Shown piece after piece: positions 49,047-59,374 of a stretch of 64,000 nucleotides of DNA; position 1 is the stretch's first letter, and each line of letters opens with the position of its first letter. The position numbers were made by a program, and so were the translations under genes. The notes beneath the pieces are model-generated. The model ran no database searches, was not told the DNA's origin, and worked only from the letters and a program-made list of their open reading frames with translations. Origin of the DNA: an uncultured Candidatus Saccharibacteria bacterium (GTDB lineage: Bacteria; Patescibacteriota; Minisyncoccia; Phycocordibacterales; PALSA-1337); the NCBI GenBank assembly GCA_964467225.1, contig CAYXPQ010000001.1:6812-70811 (forward strand), written 5' to 3'.

Positions 49047-50186
49047 TTATTCGGCAAACTCTTCTTTAGGAGTAGTCGGGTTTGTTGATTTTATATCTAT
49101 TTTCCACCCAGTTAGTTTAGCAGCTAGTCTTACATTTTGACCACCTTTACCAATAGCTAGAGATTGTTGATCTTCAGAAACATGAACTGTAGCTTTCTTT
49201 TCATTTTCTTCTATATCAATCTTCAGTACTTTGGCTGGAGAAAGTGATTCCTCGATAAATTGAGAAAGATTATCATTCCATTGTATAATATCTATCTTTT
49301 CACCTCCCAATTCACTCATTACTGTAGATACTCTAACTCCTCTTTGGCCAACTAAAGAACCAATTGGGTCAATGTGAGAGTCTTTTGAAACTACAGCGAT
49401 CTTTGATCTTGCACCAGCTTCTCTTGCAATTGCCTTTATTTCAACTATTCCTTGAGCAATTTCTGGCGTTTCAACTTCAAAGAGCTTTGAAATGAAATTT
49501 GGATGTGATCTTGAAAGCTTTAATATTATGCCTTTCGGAGATTCTTCTACAGCATATAGATATGCTCTAATTCTTTCTCCCTGTTTGTAATGTTCCCCTG
49601 GAATTTGATCTTCATAGGAAATAATACCCATAGCTCTTCCCATATCAACAAATATTGATCCTCTCTCTATTCTTTGTACTGTTCCAGAGACTATTTCTCC
49701 ATCCTTCTGACCATATTCATTTAATACAGAGACTTTCTCAGCTTCGCGAATCTTCTGTATAATAACTTGTTTTGCTGTTTGTGCTGCAATACGTCCATAG
49801 TTATCCTTTTGTTCAAGAGGGAAGATTATTTCATCATCTACCTTTGCATCCCTCTTAATCTTCTTGGCGTCAGCCAAAAGGATATGATGCTCAGGGTTAA
49901 ATCTTACTCGAATGCTTTCCTCAGCCATATTTTTGATATCTTGTTCATCTTCTTCGTGATCCATAATTACCTTTGTTTCATCTACAACTATTTTAATTTG
50001 ATAAAATTCAACTTTACCTGACTCGTTATCAAAAATAGCTCTAACAATCTGGCCTTTTTTACCGTATTCTTTCTTATAAGCTGTAGCAAGAGCTAATTCT
50101 ATTGCCTCAAGCATTTTATCCTTAGGAATCCCTCTTTCGTTTTCCATTTGTTGGAGAACTGAGTGTATTACTTTTAAATCGAACAT
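49047..50186 (-). CDS. nusA: transcription termination factor NusA
   Basis: GRIAAQTAKQVI, AREAGARSKIAV, AIGKGGQNVRLAAKLTGWKIDI. Confidence 0.97.
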   Translation of the reverse strand: MFDLKVIHSVLQQMENERGIPKDKMLEAIELALATAYKKEYGKKGQIVRAIFDNESGKVEFYQIKIVVDETKVIMDHEEDEQDIKNMAEESIRVRFNPEHHILLADAKKIKRDAKVDDEIIFPLEQKDNYGRIAAQTAKQVIIQKIREAEKVSVLNEYGQKDGEIVSGTVQRIERGSIFVDMGRAMGIISYEDQIPGEHYKQGERIRAYLYAVEESPKGIILKLSRSHPNFISKLFEVETPEIAQGIVEIKAIAREAGARSKIAVVSKDSHIDPIGSLVGQRGVRVSTVMSELGGEKIDIIQWNDNLSQFIEESLSPAKVLKIDIEENEKKATVHVSEDQQSLAIGKGGQNVRLAAKLTGWKIDIKSTNPTTPKEEFAE

Positions 50187-50357
50187 GATTTTGTTATTAT
50201 TTAAGATTTTTATAAAAAATAGCTCGCCTTGAAGCGAACTTAAACATTTATATATTACTATTTTTTATTTTAAAAGTCAAATAGGTATATTATCCCCATA
50301 TTTTTGTCCATATTTTCATAGAATTCTCTGATATAATATAAGGTGAATAGATAACAT

Positions 50358-52106
50358 ATGCACATAGAAGATTCACAACTAGATAAGTTTATTTTAGATT
50401 CTAATCTAATATCCAAATCTGATTTAGACGAAGCTGAGAAGCAAGCTAGGGAAGAGAATAGACGCTTGGGTGATATTCTTGTAAGTAGTGGCAAAATTAC
50501 TGAAGACAATTTGCGAAGGATGCAAGCTTATGTGCTGGGCATACCTTTCGTGGATCTTAAAAATAGGAAGATACCTTTTGAGACCCTATCAATGATTCCT
50601 GAGCCTGTGGCTAGAAATCATAGTATTGTCGCGTTTAAAAAAGATGATGGAATGTTGGAGGTGGCAATGCTTGATGTAGAAGATCTTTCTGCAATTGATT
50701 TTGTAAAAAAGAAGGTAAATTTAAAGATTCTACCTAGACTTACTGATTCTGAATCAATAAAAAACGTAATAATTCAATACCAAAAGAGTCTTAAAGCAGA
50801 ATTCGGTGATATTATACAGAAAGAATCAGAAACACTAAAAACTATAACAGAAGAAGCGGGGGAATCGTTCTCTGAAGCAGACTTAAAAAAGATTGCAGAG
50901 GATTTGCCTGTGGTAAGAATCGTAGATACATTGCTTAAGCATGCAATATTACAGAACGCATCGGATATTCACATTGAGCCAATGGATGATCAATTATTAG
51001 TTAGATATAGAATTGATGGAATGCTTCATGATGCCATGGTTCTTCCTAAGAGTGCAGAGCCATCTATAACTGCTCGTATAAAGGTGCTATCTAATTTGAA
51101 ATTGGACGAGAAGAGGTTGCCTCAAGATGGTCGTTTTAAGATCGATATGAATAATGAGAAAGTTTCTTTCCGTGTTTCTCTACTCCCAACTTATTATGGA
51201 GAGAAGACAGTAATGCGTCTTCTACGAGAAAGCGTATCTGGTTTTACATTGGAATATCTCGGTTTCCATGGAGAGGGACTAGAAAGGATTCATCATGCTA
51301 CTACTCTTACAACTGGTATGATACTTACAACAGGACCTACTGGATCAGGTAAAACGACAACTTTGTATACTATTTTGGATATTCTTAATCAGCCAGATGT
51401 AAATATTTCAACAATTGAAGATCCTATTGAATATCAAATGAAAAGAATAAATCAAACTCAGGTTAAGCCTGAAATTGGTTTTACTTTCTCAGTGGGATTG
51501 AGGACTTTAGTTAGACAAGACCCTGATGTTATTATGGTGGGTGAGATTCGAGATAATGAAACGGCCTCATTGGCGGTTAATGCTGCTTTAACAGGTCACT
51601 TGGTTCTATCAACACTTCACACTAATAGTGCTGCTGGTGCAATTCCTAGATTGATGGATATGAAAATCGAACCATTTTTACTTGTTTCAACAATAGATAT
51701 AATTATTGCACAGAGACTTGTAAGGAAGCTTTCAGAACATAAAGAAAAATATTTCTTAAGCAAGACTGAAATAGCAACATTATCAAAAACAGTTGATCTG
51801 GATAGGGTGTTGCAAGCATTAAAGGATGAGAAGGTGATTAAGAGTGCGGATTCTTGGGAGAAAATTCCTTTCTGGAAGCCTATTGCATCAAAGGACGATG
51901 ATGGTTATAAGGGAAGATTAGGTATACACGAAGTTCTGAAAGTTACACAAAGTATCAAAGATTTGATTATAAAGGGGGCAACTACTACTGAAATTGAAGA
52001 ACAAGCAAAGAAAGAGGGGATGTTAACAATGATTGAAGACGGAATATTTAATGCAGTAAAAGGTATTACAACAATTGAGGAGGTATTAAGAGTTATTTCA
52101 GAATAA
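50358..52106 (+). CDS. pilB: type IV pilus assembly ATPase PilB/GspE
   Basis: ASDIHIEP, RLPQDGR, GPTGSGKTTT, EDPIE, RQDPD. Confidence 0.93.
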   Translation: MHIEDSQLDKFILDSNLISKSDLDEAEKQAREENRRLGDILVSSGKITEDNLRRMQAYVLGIPFVDLKNRKIPFETLSMIPEPVARNHSIVAFKKDDGMLEVAMLDVEDLSAIDFVKKKVNLKILPRLTDSESIKNVIIQYQKSLKAEFGDIIQKESETLKTITEEAGESFSEADLKKIAEDLPVVRIVDTLLKHAILQNASDIHIEPMDDQLLVRYRIDGMLHDAMVLPKSAEPSITARIKVLSNLKLDEKRLPQDGRFKIDMNNEKVSFRVSLLPTYYGEKTVMRLLRESVSGFTLEYLGFHGEGLERIHHATTLTTGMILTTGPTGSGKTTTLYTILDILNQPDVNISTIEDPIEYQMKRINQTQVKPEIGFTFSVGLRTLVRQDPDVIMVGEIRDNETASLAVNAALTGHLVLSTLHTNSAAGAIPRLMDMKIEPFLLVSTIDIIIAQRLVRKLSEHKEKYFLSKTEIATLSKTVDLDRVLQALKDEKVIKSADSWEKIPFWKPIASKDDDGYKGRLGIHEVLKVTQSIKDLIIKGATTTEIEEQAKKEGMLTMIEDGIFNAVKGITTIEEVLRVISE

Positions 52107-52110
52107 GCAA

Positions 52111-53337
52111 ATGTCACATTTTATTTATAAAGCTAAAAAATCTACTGGAGAAATATATAAAGGTGAAAAAGACGCTAATGATCGTTATGAACTTTATAAA
52201 ATATTAAAAGAATCTGGTGACGAGGTTATTGATGTAAAAGAGAAATTTGGTAGTAGAATATCAATAAAAAGTAGTTTTAATTTCTCATTCTCACTCTTTG
52301 GTAAAGTTAAAGCTCAAGAAAAAATAAATTTTGCAAGAAATCTAAGCTCTATGATTACTGCAGGACTTTCTATGTCTAGAGCATTGTCAGTTATTGAAAG
52401 ACAATCAAAAAATAAATTTTTTCAAAAAATAATTTCTTCATTACAGACAGAAATAACAAAAGGTAAGACCTTAAGTGATGCTATGTCTATGTATAAAAAT
52501 GTTTTCTCTCCACTTTTTATATCTATGGTCTCAGCAGGAGAGAAGAGTGGTACCTTAAATGATTCGCTAAAAATAGTTGCTGACCAATTGGATAAGAATT
52601 ATGTTTTACAGAGAAAAGTGAAAGGGGCAATGATGTATCCAGCGATAATACTTTTTGCAATGGTACTTATCGCTATTTTGATGTTGACATATATAGTGCC
52701 GACCCTAATGAAGACATTTACTGAGTTGAAACTAGATTTGCCTATGTCGACCAAGCTTATACTTTTTACAAGTAAACTATTAATCAATAACGGATTATTT
52801 GTCTTAATTGTAGTTGTTATTCTTATTTCTTTATTTGTTTTGTGGTCAAAAAAAGAAGGAGGTAAGAAAGTAATTCATCTTTTTATATTAAAAATTCCCA
52901 TAGTTGGTAATATTATCAAAGAGGTTAACTCTGCAAGAACCGCAAGGACACTTTCTTCATTGTTAAGTTCAGGAGTAGATGTTGTTGAATCGGTCAAAAT
53001 AACAAAAGATGTTATTCAGAATATTTATTACAAAAAAATCCTGGATAAAGTAGGATTAGCAATAGAAAAAGGAGAACCGATATCAAAGATTTTTACTGAA
53101 AACTCAAATCTATATCCAATTTTCCTTGGAGAAATGATAAATGTAGGTGAAGAAACTGGTAAGATTGGAGAAATGCTTCATGGTGTAGCTATATTTTATG
53201 AAGATGATGTAGAACAGAAGACAAAGGATATGTCTACTATTATAGAACCATTCTTGATGATTATAATTGCTGCTGTGGTGGGATTTTTTGCTGTTGCGAT
53301 GATTTCACCTATGTATTCACTTGTAAATGTTATATAA
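52111..53337 (+). CDS. pilC: type IV pilus platform protein PilC/GspF
   Basis: AGEKSGTL, AMMYP, VGEETG, IEP motifs. Confidence 0.93.
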   Translation: MSHFIYKAKKSTGEIYKGEKDANDRYELYKILKESGDEVIDVKEKFGSRISIKSSFNFSFSLFGKVKAQEKINFARNLSSMITAGLSMSRALSVIERQSKNKFFQKIISSLQTEITKGKTLSDAMSMYKNVFSPLFISMVSAGEKSGTLNDSLKIVADQLDKNYVLQRKVKGAMMYPAIILFAMVLIAILMLTYIVPTLMKTFTELKLDLPMSTKLILFTSKLLINNGLFVLIVVVILISLFVLWSKKEGGKKVIHLFILKIPIVGNIIKEVNSARTARTLSSLLSSGVDVVESVKITKDVIQNIYYKKILDKVGLAIEKGEPISKIFTENSNLYPIFLGEMINVGEETGKIGEMLHGVAIFYEDDVEQKTKDMSTIIEPFLMIIIAAVVGFFAVAMISPMYSLVNVI

Positions 53338-55099
53338 AATCTTACAAAGAAATAAAGGATTTACTTTAATTGAAACCTTAGTTGGTGTGGCAGTATTTCT
53401 AGTTATTTCTACAGCAGTCTATCAAGCCTATGTAAGTCTTTTTAATCTTATTAGCTTAAATCAATATAAGATTGTGGCACTTAATTTAGCAAATGAGCAG
53501 TTCGAGATTGTAAGGAATCTATCTTATGCAAATGTTGGTATTCCTGGAAGTATTCCGAGTGGAAATATTCCACAAGTTCAAAATATTAATAGATCAGGGA
53601 TAGATTTTGTGGTAAGAACAACAATAAGAAATATCGATCAACCTTTTGATGGTACTATAGGTGGAATACCAAACGATACTTCTCCTGCAGATAATAAAAT
53701 GGTTGCTGTAGAAGTTAGTTGTCCTACTTGCGTAAATTTCTTTCCTTTAACATTGACAACAATAATAGCCCCCAAAAATCTTGAAACTGCTTCAGTTAAT
53801 GGAGCTTTATTGATTAAGGTCTTTGATGCAAATGGAGTTCCTGTTTCTGGTGCAAATGTATCAATAAGAAATTATCAAGCAACCACGACCATTGCTATTG
53901 ATGATATGACAAATTCAAATGGAGTCCTACAAATTGTAGACGTACCACCTGGAATAGAAGCATATGAAATATCTGTATCAAAAGCAGGGTATTCTAGTGA
54001 TAGAACTTATCCAAATGGAGCAATTGGCAACCCTACTCCTAGTAAACCACATGCAACTGTAATTGTTCAACAACTAACCCAAGTCAGTTTTTCGATTGAT
54101 AAATTGAGTAGTATTGAATTTAATAGTGTTACCAGTGATTGTATTGCTATACCAAATATTGACTTTGCTTTGAAAGGTGCAAAGCAGATTGGAACAAGTG
54201 TTTATAAATTTAATAAAAACTTATCAACCAATGGGACGGGTGTTTATTCAAGTAGTACTATTGAATGGGACTATTATACTGTTACTGGTATAGACTCAGC
54301 ATATGATATTGCAGGAATCAACCCATTAAATCCAATTAGTCTAAATCCAAATGTTAGTCAAAATGTTCTACTAATTGTTGCTCCTAAAGATCCTAAAGCA
54401 TTGCTGGTTACTGTTAAAGATAATTCTACATTATTACCACTTACTGATGCAACTGTGAGATTGAGGAAAGGTGTAGCTTTTGATGAGACTCAAATTACTG
54501 GTAGAGGATCAATCAATCAAACTGATTGGTCTGGTGGCGCATACTCATTTAATGATGGAAATATTGAAGTGGCAGATCCGATTGGAGATCTGAATTTATT
54601 AAAAGTTTTTGGACTATATAATTTAGGTGGTACGATAGAATCTACTACAATTGATACAGGATCACCAAGTAATTTTTATAATTTAAGCTGGTTACCGATA
54701 GATCAACCTGTAGGAGCAGGAACAGATAGTGTTCGTTTTCAATTTGCTACCAATGCTATTATTACAGGTACAACAACATGGGATTATAAGGGTCCAGATG
54801 GAACTTCAGCAAGTTATTATACGGTCTCAAATTCACCAATATCTTTAGCACATAACGGTGATAGATATGCTAGATATAAAATTTTCTTAAATACACTTAG
54901 TGCAACAAACACGCCTAATATATCCGATGTTTCATTTACTGTTACATCATCTTGTACACCCCCGGGACAAGTTATTTTCTCAGATTTAGATAGCGGTACA
55001 TATATTTTGGATGTAACAAAAACAGGATATAACCCATTTAGTCAAAATGTGGATTTAAATAGTGATTGGCTTGAACAAGAAGTAATTTTGAGTCAATAA
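53327..55099 (+). CDS. prepilin-type protein with large beta-rich C-terminal domains
   Basis: KGFTLIETLV N-methylation motif; carboxypeptidase-regulatory-like repeats. Confidence 0.85.
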   Translation: MLYKILQRNKGFTLIETLVGVAVFLVISTAVYQAYVSLFNLISLNQYKIVALNLANEQFEIVRNLSYANVGIPGSIPSGNIPQVQNINRSGIDFVVRTTIRNIDQPFDGTIGGIPNDTSPADNKMVAVEVSCPTCVNFFPLTLTTIIAPKNLETASVNGALLIKVFDANGVPVSGANVSIRNYQATTTIAIDDMTNSNGVLQIVDVPPGIEAYEISVSKAGYSSDRTYPNGAIGNPTPSKPHATVIVQQLTQVSFSIDKLSSIEFNSVTSDCIAIPNIDFALKGAKQIGTSVYKFNKNLSTNGTGVYSSSTIEWDYYTVTGIDSAYDIAGINPLNPISLNPNVSQNVLLIVAPKDPKALLVTVKDNSTLLPLTDATVRLRKGVAFDETQITGRGSINQTDWSGGAYSFNDGNIEVADPIGDLNLLKVFGLYNLGGTIESTTIDTGSPSNFYNLSWLPIDQPVGAGTDSVRFQFATNAIITGTTTWDYKGPDGTSASYYTVSNSPISLAHNGDRYARYKIFLNTLSATNTPNISDVSFTVTSSCTPPGQVIFSDLDSGTYILDVTKTGYNPFSQNVDLNSDWLEQEVILSQ

Positions 55100-55103
55100 T
55101 ATT

Positions 55104-55724
55104 ATGAAAAACACCAAAGATAATAAAACACTAGGATTCACACTACTAGAATTGGTAGTAGTTATAGGAATTATTTCTGCGATTATTATTTCCCTTGGCA
55201 ATTTTCAGACAGATATATTCAAAAATAACAAATTCTCATTTGACTCATTAAATACTGTTCAAGATGCAAAATCTATTATCTCTACAATGGTAAAAGAATT
55301 AAGAACTGCTTCACCTGGCAGTAATGGATCATTTACAATTGTACAAGCGGCGACAAATACCCTGACTTTCTATAGTGATATTGATGGTGATCTCTTAAAA
55401 GAACAAGTTAGATATTACTTAGCCACCACAACTTTGAAAAAAGGAATTATCAAACCTACTGGTAATCCTCTAACTTATAATAATGCTAATGAAACATTTT
55501 CATATTTAGCATATAATATTAGAAATTCATCGACATCACCTTTATTTCAATATTTTGATTCAAATTATATGGGAACATCATCACCACTTACACAACCAGT
55601 TACTACCACAGATGTAAGATTGGTGAAGATAAATTTAATTATTGATATTGATCAAAATAAATCCCCAGTAATTAGGACTTATACTTCGCAGGTCAGTATT
55701 AGAAATCTAAAAGATAATTTATGA
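55104..55724 (+). CDS. minor pilin (PilW-like)
   Basis: GFTLLELVV; C-terminal IRN motif. Confidence 0.85.
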   Translation: MKNTKDNKTLGFTLLELVVVIGIISAIIISLGNFQTDIFKNNKFSFDSLNTVQDAKSIISTMVKELRTASPGSNGSFTIVQAATNTLTFYSDIDGDLLKEQVRYYLATTTLKKGIIKPTGNPLTYNNANETFSYLAYNIRNSSTSPLFQYFDSNYMGTSSPLTQPVTTTDVRLVKINLIIDIDQNKSPVIRTYTSQVSIRNLKDNL

Positions 55725-57133
55725 AAAAAGGTTTTATTTTAGTAAATGTTCTTGTTTTCTCAGTTATTGCAATTATCGTAACGACCTCTTTAACAAATTG
55801 GGCAGCAGTAATGCTAAAAGATACTAAAAGATTAACTTATAGAGAACAAGCTTTTCAAATTGCTGAAGCCGGTATTGATTATTATAGGTGGCACTTGGCT
55901 CATGCACCTAATGATTTCAAAGATGGTCATGCTACTACAACAAATGGCCCATTCATTCATGATTTTAGAGATAAAGATAATAATGTTATCGGAAGATTCG
56001 AATTAATTATTACTCCACCACCAGTGGGTTCTACTTTGATTAGAATTAAATCAAAAGGAATTGTGGATGCTGATCCTAATTATCCCAGGACAATTCAGGC
56101 AACTTTAGCTATTCCATCTTTTGCAAAATATGCAGTGGTGGCTGGAGATATTATGAGATTTGGAGTCGGTACTGAAGTTTTTGGACCCATACATTCAAAT
56201 AATGGTATTCGTTTCGATGGATTGGCACATAATCTCATCACTAGTTCAAAGGATAAATATGTGGATCCAGATAATGGTACTGCAAATAGATTTGGGGTTT
56301 ATACAACTGTAGGTACTGTGGATCCCAATCCTCCTGCTGTAGTTCCTAGTAGACCTGATGTATTTATGGCAGGAAGACAATTTCCTGTGGCTGCAGTGGA
56401 TTTCGCTGGAATTACAACTGAACTAGCTACTATGAAGGCTGACGCTATATCTGGTGGTAGATATTTCGCAGCTTCAGGTGCACAGGGATATAATATAGTA
56501 TTAAAGACTAACGATACATTTGATCTATATAGAGTTACTTCAGTAAGAAATTCTCCTGGAGGTTGTAGTAATACACAAGGTCAAACTGGTTGGGCAACTT
56601 GGAGTATCAATAATAGGACTTTTTTGCAAAATTATACTTTACCAGCAAATGGAATAATCTTTGTAGAAGATAATGTGTGGGTAAATGGTCAGATTAATTC
56701 TGCAAGAGTAACTATAGCTGCTGGAAGATTTCCAGATTCATCATCAACTAGAAAGGATATTATTATAAATAATGATTTGTTGTATACTAATTATGATGGA
56801 CAAGATACTATAGCTTTGATAGCACAAGGTAATATAACAACAGGATTGTATAGCGATGATAGTCTTAGAATTGATGCTGCATTAATTGCACAGAATGGTA
56901 GAGTTGGTAGATTCTATTATTCTAGTTCTTGTGGTGTAAATAGTTCTAGATCCGATATAACATTGTATGGAATGCTTGGTACTAAATTAAGATATGGTTT
57001 TGCTTATACTGATGGTACTGGATATAATATTAGAAATATAATATATGATAGTAATTTGCTATACGCTCCTCCTCCAAGTTTCCCTTTGACTTCTAGTCAA
57101 TACTCAATACTGTCTTGGGAGGAAATAAAATAG
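55721..57133 (+). CDS. PilX-like minor pilin
   Basis: KGFILV without E5, AFQIAEAGI, C-terminal SWEE. Confidence 0.8.
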   Translation: MKKGFILVNVLVFSVIAIIVTTSLTNWAAVMLKDTKRLTYREQAFQIAEAGIDYYRWHLAHAPNDFKDGHATTTNGPFIHDFRDKDNNVIGRFELIITPPPVGSTLIRIKSKGIVDADPNYPRTIQATLAIPSFAKYAVVAGDIMRFGVGTEVFGPIHSNNGIRFDGLAHNLITSSKDKYVDPDNGTANRFGVYTTVGTVDPNPPAVVPSRPDVFMAGRQFPVAAVDFAGITTELATMKADAISGGRYFAASGAQGYNIVLKTNDTFDLYRVTSVRNSPGGCSNTQGQTGWATWSINNRTFLQNYTLPANGIIFVEDNVWVNGQINSARVTIAAGRFPDSSSTRKDIIINNDLLYTNYDGQDTIALIAQGNITTGLYSDDSLRIDAALIAQNGRVGRFYYSSSCGVNSSRSDITLYGMLGTKLRYGFAYTDGTGYNIRNIIYDSNLLYAPPPSFPLTSSQYSILSWEEIK

Positions 57134-57151
57134 TTGTGATATACTCTTGTT

Positions 57152-57910
57152 ATGAAAAAAATTGTAATAGGTAATTGGAAGATGAATCCAACTTCATACT
57201 CTGAAGCTTTAAAAATTTTCAACTCAATAAAAAGATTTTCTTATAAATTGAATAAAATTGATGTAGTTATATGTCCTCCTTCTGTTTACGTTCATTCATT
57301 TATCAAAAAGAATAAAGATAAAATAATTGCAATTGGCTCACAGAATGTCTTCTATGAAGAGCAGGGATCATATACAGGTGAGTTGAGTGTCAAAATGTTG
57401 AGGGATATTGGTGTTACTCATATAATTGTTGGTCACTCAGAGAGAAGATCAAATGGTGAAACTGATGATGATATATCTAAAAAGATACAAATCACTTTAG
57501 CGAATGATATTCGCCCTATTCTATGTATTGGTGAAAAAGAAAGAGATTCAAGTGGCAATTATTTGAATTTTATAAAAGATCAGATCAAAAATTCTCTTTC
57601 AAAAACTAACAAAAAATTCATTAACAAATTAATTATTGCTTATGAACCAATATGGGCTATTGGTGCAAAGGAAGCTATGAGTCCGAGTGATATACTAGAA
57701 ATGAGTTTATTTATTAAAAAAGTGATTTCAGATATTTATGGCCAAGGAGAGATAGATAATATACCAATATTGTATGGTGGTTCTGTTAATTTTAAAAATG
57801 CATCGGATATTATTATACAAGGACAGGTCAATGGTTTATTAGTTGGAAGAGAGAGTGTTAATTCGATTGGTTTTATAGAATTATTAAAAGCAATAGATAC
57901 AATACAATAA
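57152..57910 (+). CDS. tpiA: triosephosphate isomerase
   Basis: GNWKMN, GHSERR, AYEPIWAIG, LYGGSV. Confidence 0.96.
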   Translation: MKKIVIGNWKMNPTSYSEALKIFNSIKRFSYKLNKIDVVICPPSVYVHSFIKKNKDKIIAIGSQNVFYEEQGSYTGELSVKMLRDIGVTHIIVGHSERRSNGETDDDISKKIQITLANDIRPILCIGEKERDSSGNYLNFIKDQIKNSLSKTNKKFINKLIIAYEPIWAIGAKEAMSPSDILEMSLFIKKVISDIYGQGEIDNIPILYGGSVNFKNASDIIIQGQVNGLLVGRESVNSIGFIELLKAIDTIQ

Positions 57911-57911
57911 T

Positions 57912-58982
57912 ATGAAAAGCATAAAAGATATAAAGAAGCTTGATGGGGTAAGAGTTCTTGTCAGGCTAGATTTAAATGTACCTATTCAAAATAATGTTAT
58001 TGTAGATGATTTTAGAATTAAAAAAGCTTTACCATTAATTCAGTATCTTTCGGATAACGGTGCAAATCTTATCCTAATTAGTCATATTGAAACAGTTGAT
58101 AATCCCACTTTAAAGCCAGTTGCTGAATATCTAATTAAATTAGGTATTGATTGTGCCTTTGAGAAAAATTATAGAAATGTTTTAAATAATAAAAGTAAGA
58201 TTATTCTTCTTGAAAATTTAAGAGAGTATGAAGGGGAAAAGAAAAATGATAAGAAATTTGCTAAAGAACTAGCTTCTCTCGCTGATATTTATGTAAATGA
58301 AGCATTTTCTGTATCTCATAGAGATCATGCTTCCGTCTCAGCTATTACGGAATTTATACCAAGTTATGCTGGATACCAATTTGAAGAAGAAATAAAGCAT
58401 TTAAGTACTGCTTTTAACCCTGAACATCCTTTTCTATTTATTCTTGGAGGTGCAAAATTTGAGACAAAATTTCCATTATTAGAGAAATTTATTGATTCGG
58501 CGGATAAAATATTTGTAGGAGGTGCACTTGCAAATAATTTCTTCAAAGAAATGGGACAGGATATAGGTGATTCTCTTGTTTCTCCAGAAAATTATGACTT
58601 ACAAAGATTTATTAATACAAAAAAGATTGTTCTACCCATAGATAGTCTAATAAAAGACAAAAAAATAATGGATGCAAGTACTAAGACTGTTGAATTATTG
58701 AAACAAGAGATAGATAAAGCAAAATATATTTTGTGGAATGGTCCACTTGGTGCATATGAATCTGGATATAGAGCTTCTACACTTCAACTTGCAGAAATTT
58801 TAGCAGATGCAACGGCTAGAGGCGTAAAGACTATAGTTGGTGGTGGTGATACTCTAGCTACTATAGCAGAATTAAAATTAGTAAATGGTTTTACTTTCGT
58901 TTCAACTGGCGGAGGGGCAATGTTAGATTATCTTGCAAAAGGTACATTACCTGGAATTGAGGCATTAGAAAAGGGGCTATAA
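57912..58982 (+). CDS. pgk: phosphoglycerate kinase
   Basis: RLDLNVP, LLENLR, LGGAK, WNGPLG, STGGGAML. Confidence 0.96.
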   Translation: MKSIKDIKKLDGVRVLVRLDLNVPIQNNVIVDDFRIKKALPLIQYLSDNGANLILISHIETVDNPTLKPVAEYLIKLGIDCAFEKNYRNVLNNKSKIILLENLREYEGEKKNDKKFAKELASLADIYVNEAFSVSHRDHASVSAITEFIPSYAGYQFEEEIKHLSTAFNPEHPFLFILGGAKFETKFPLLEKFIDSADKIFVGGALANNFFKEMGQDIGDSLVSPENYDLQRFINTKKIVLPIDSLIKDKKIMDASTKTVELLKQEIDKAKYILWNGPLGAYESGYRASTLQLAEILADATARGVKTIVGGGDTLATIAELKLVNGFTFVSTGGGAMLDYLAKGTLPGIEALEKGL

Positions 58983-59336
58983 CATTGAGACAATTTTGTC
59001 TCTATTAGTTTTGAAATCTTTGGGATCTCCGGTGGTTCCTGGCTTTGGGAATATCCATATATGTGCATGTGGTACTTCTTCTCCTATGACCTTGCTCCAT
59101 ATTTCTTCTGTACCAAATGCTTTACGCTGTGCTAATGCTATCTTTCTAGCCACTTCGAAATATTCGCCGCAATTTGGTACATCCCATACCCATCTATGAT
59201 GATTCTTTGGAACTATTAGACTATGTCCTGGTGAGCGAGGATCTATACTTAGAAATACTATAAAATCTTTATCTTCATGCACAATATCCGCTGGCACTTC
59301 CTTTTTAATTATTTTACAAAATATGCAGTTGTTCAT
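58977..59336 (-). CDS. HIT family hydrolase
   Basis: CIFCKII, GHSLIVPK, VPHAHIW (third His replaced by Trp). Confidence 0.9.
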   Translation of the reverse strand: MNNCIFCKIIKKEVPADIVHEDKDFIVFLSIDPRSPGHSLIVPKNHHRWVWDVPNCGEYFEVARKIALAQRKAFGTEEIWSKVIGEEVPHAHIWIFPKPGTTGDPKDFKTNRDKIVSML

Positions 59337-59374
59337 GGGTTTATTATAACAAATGATATACTATCTATCACCCC

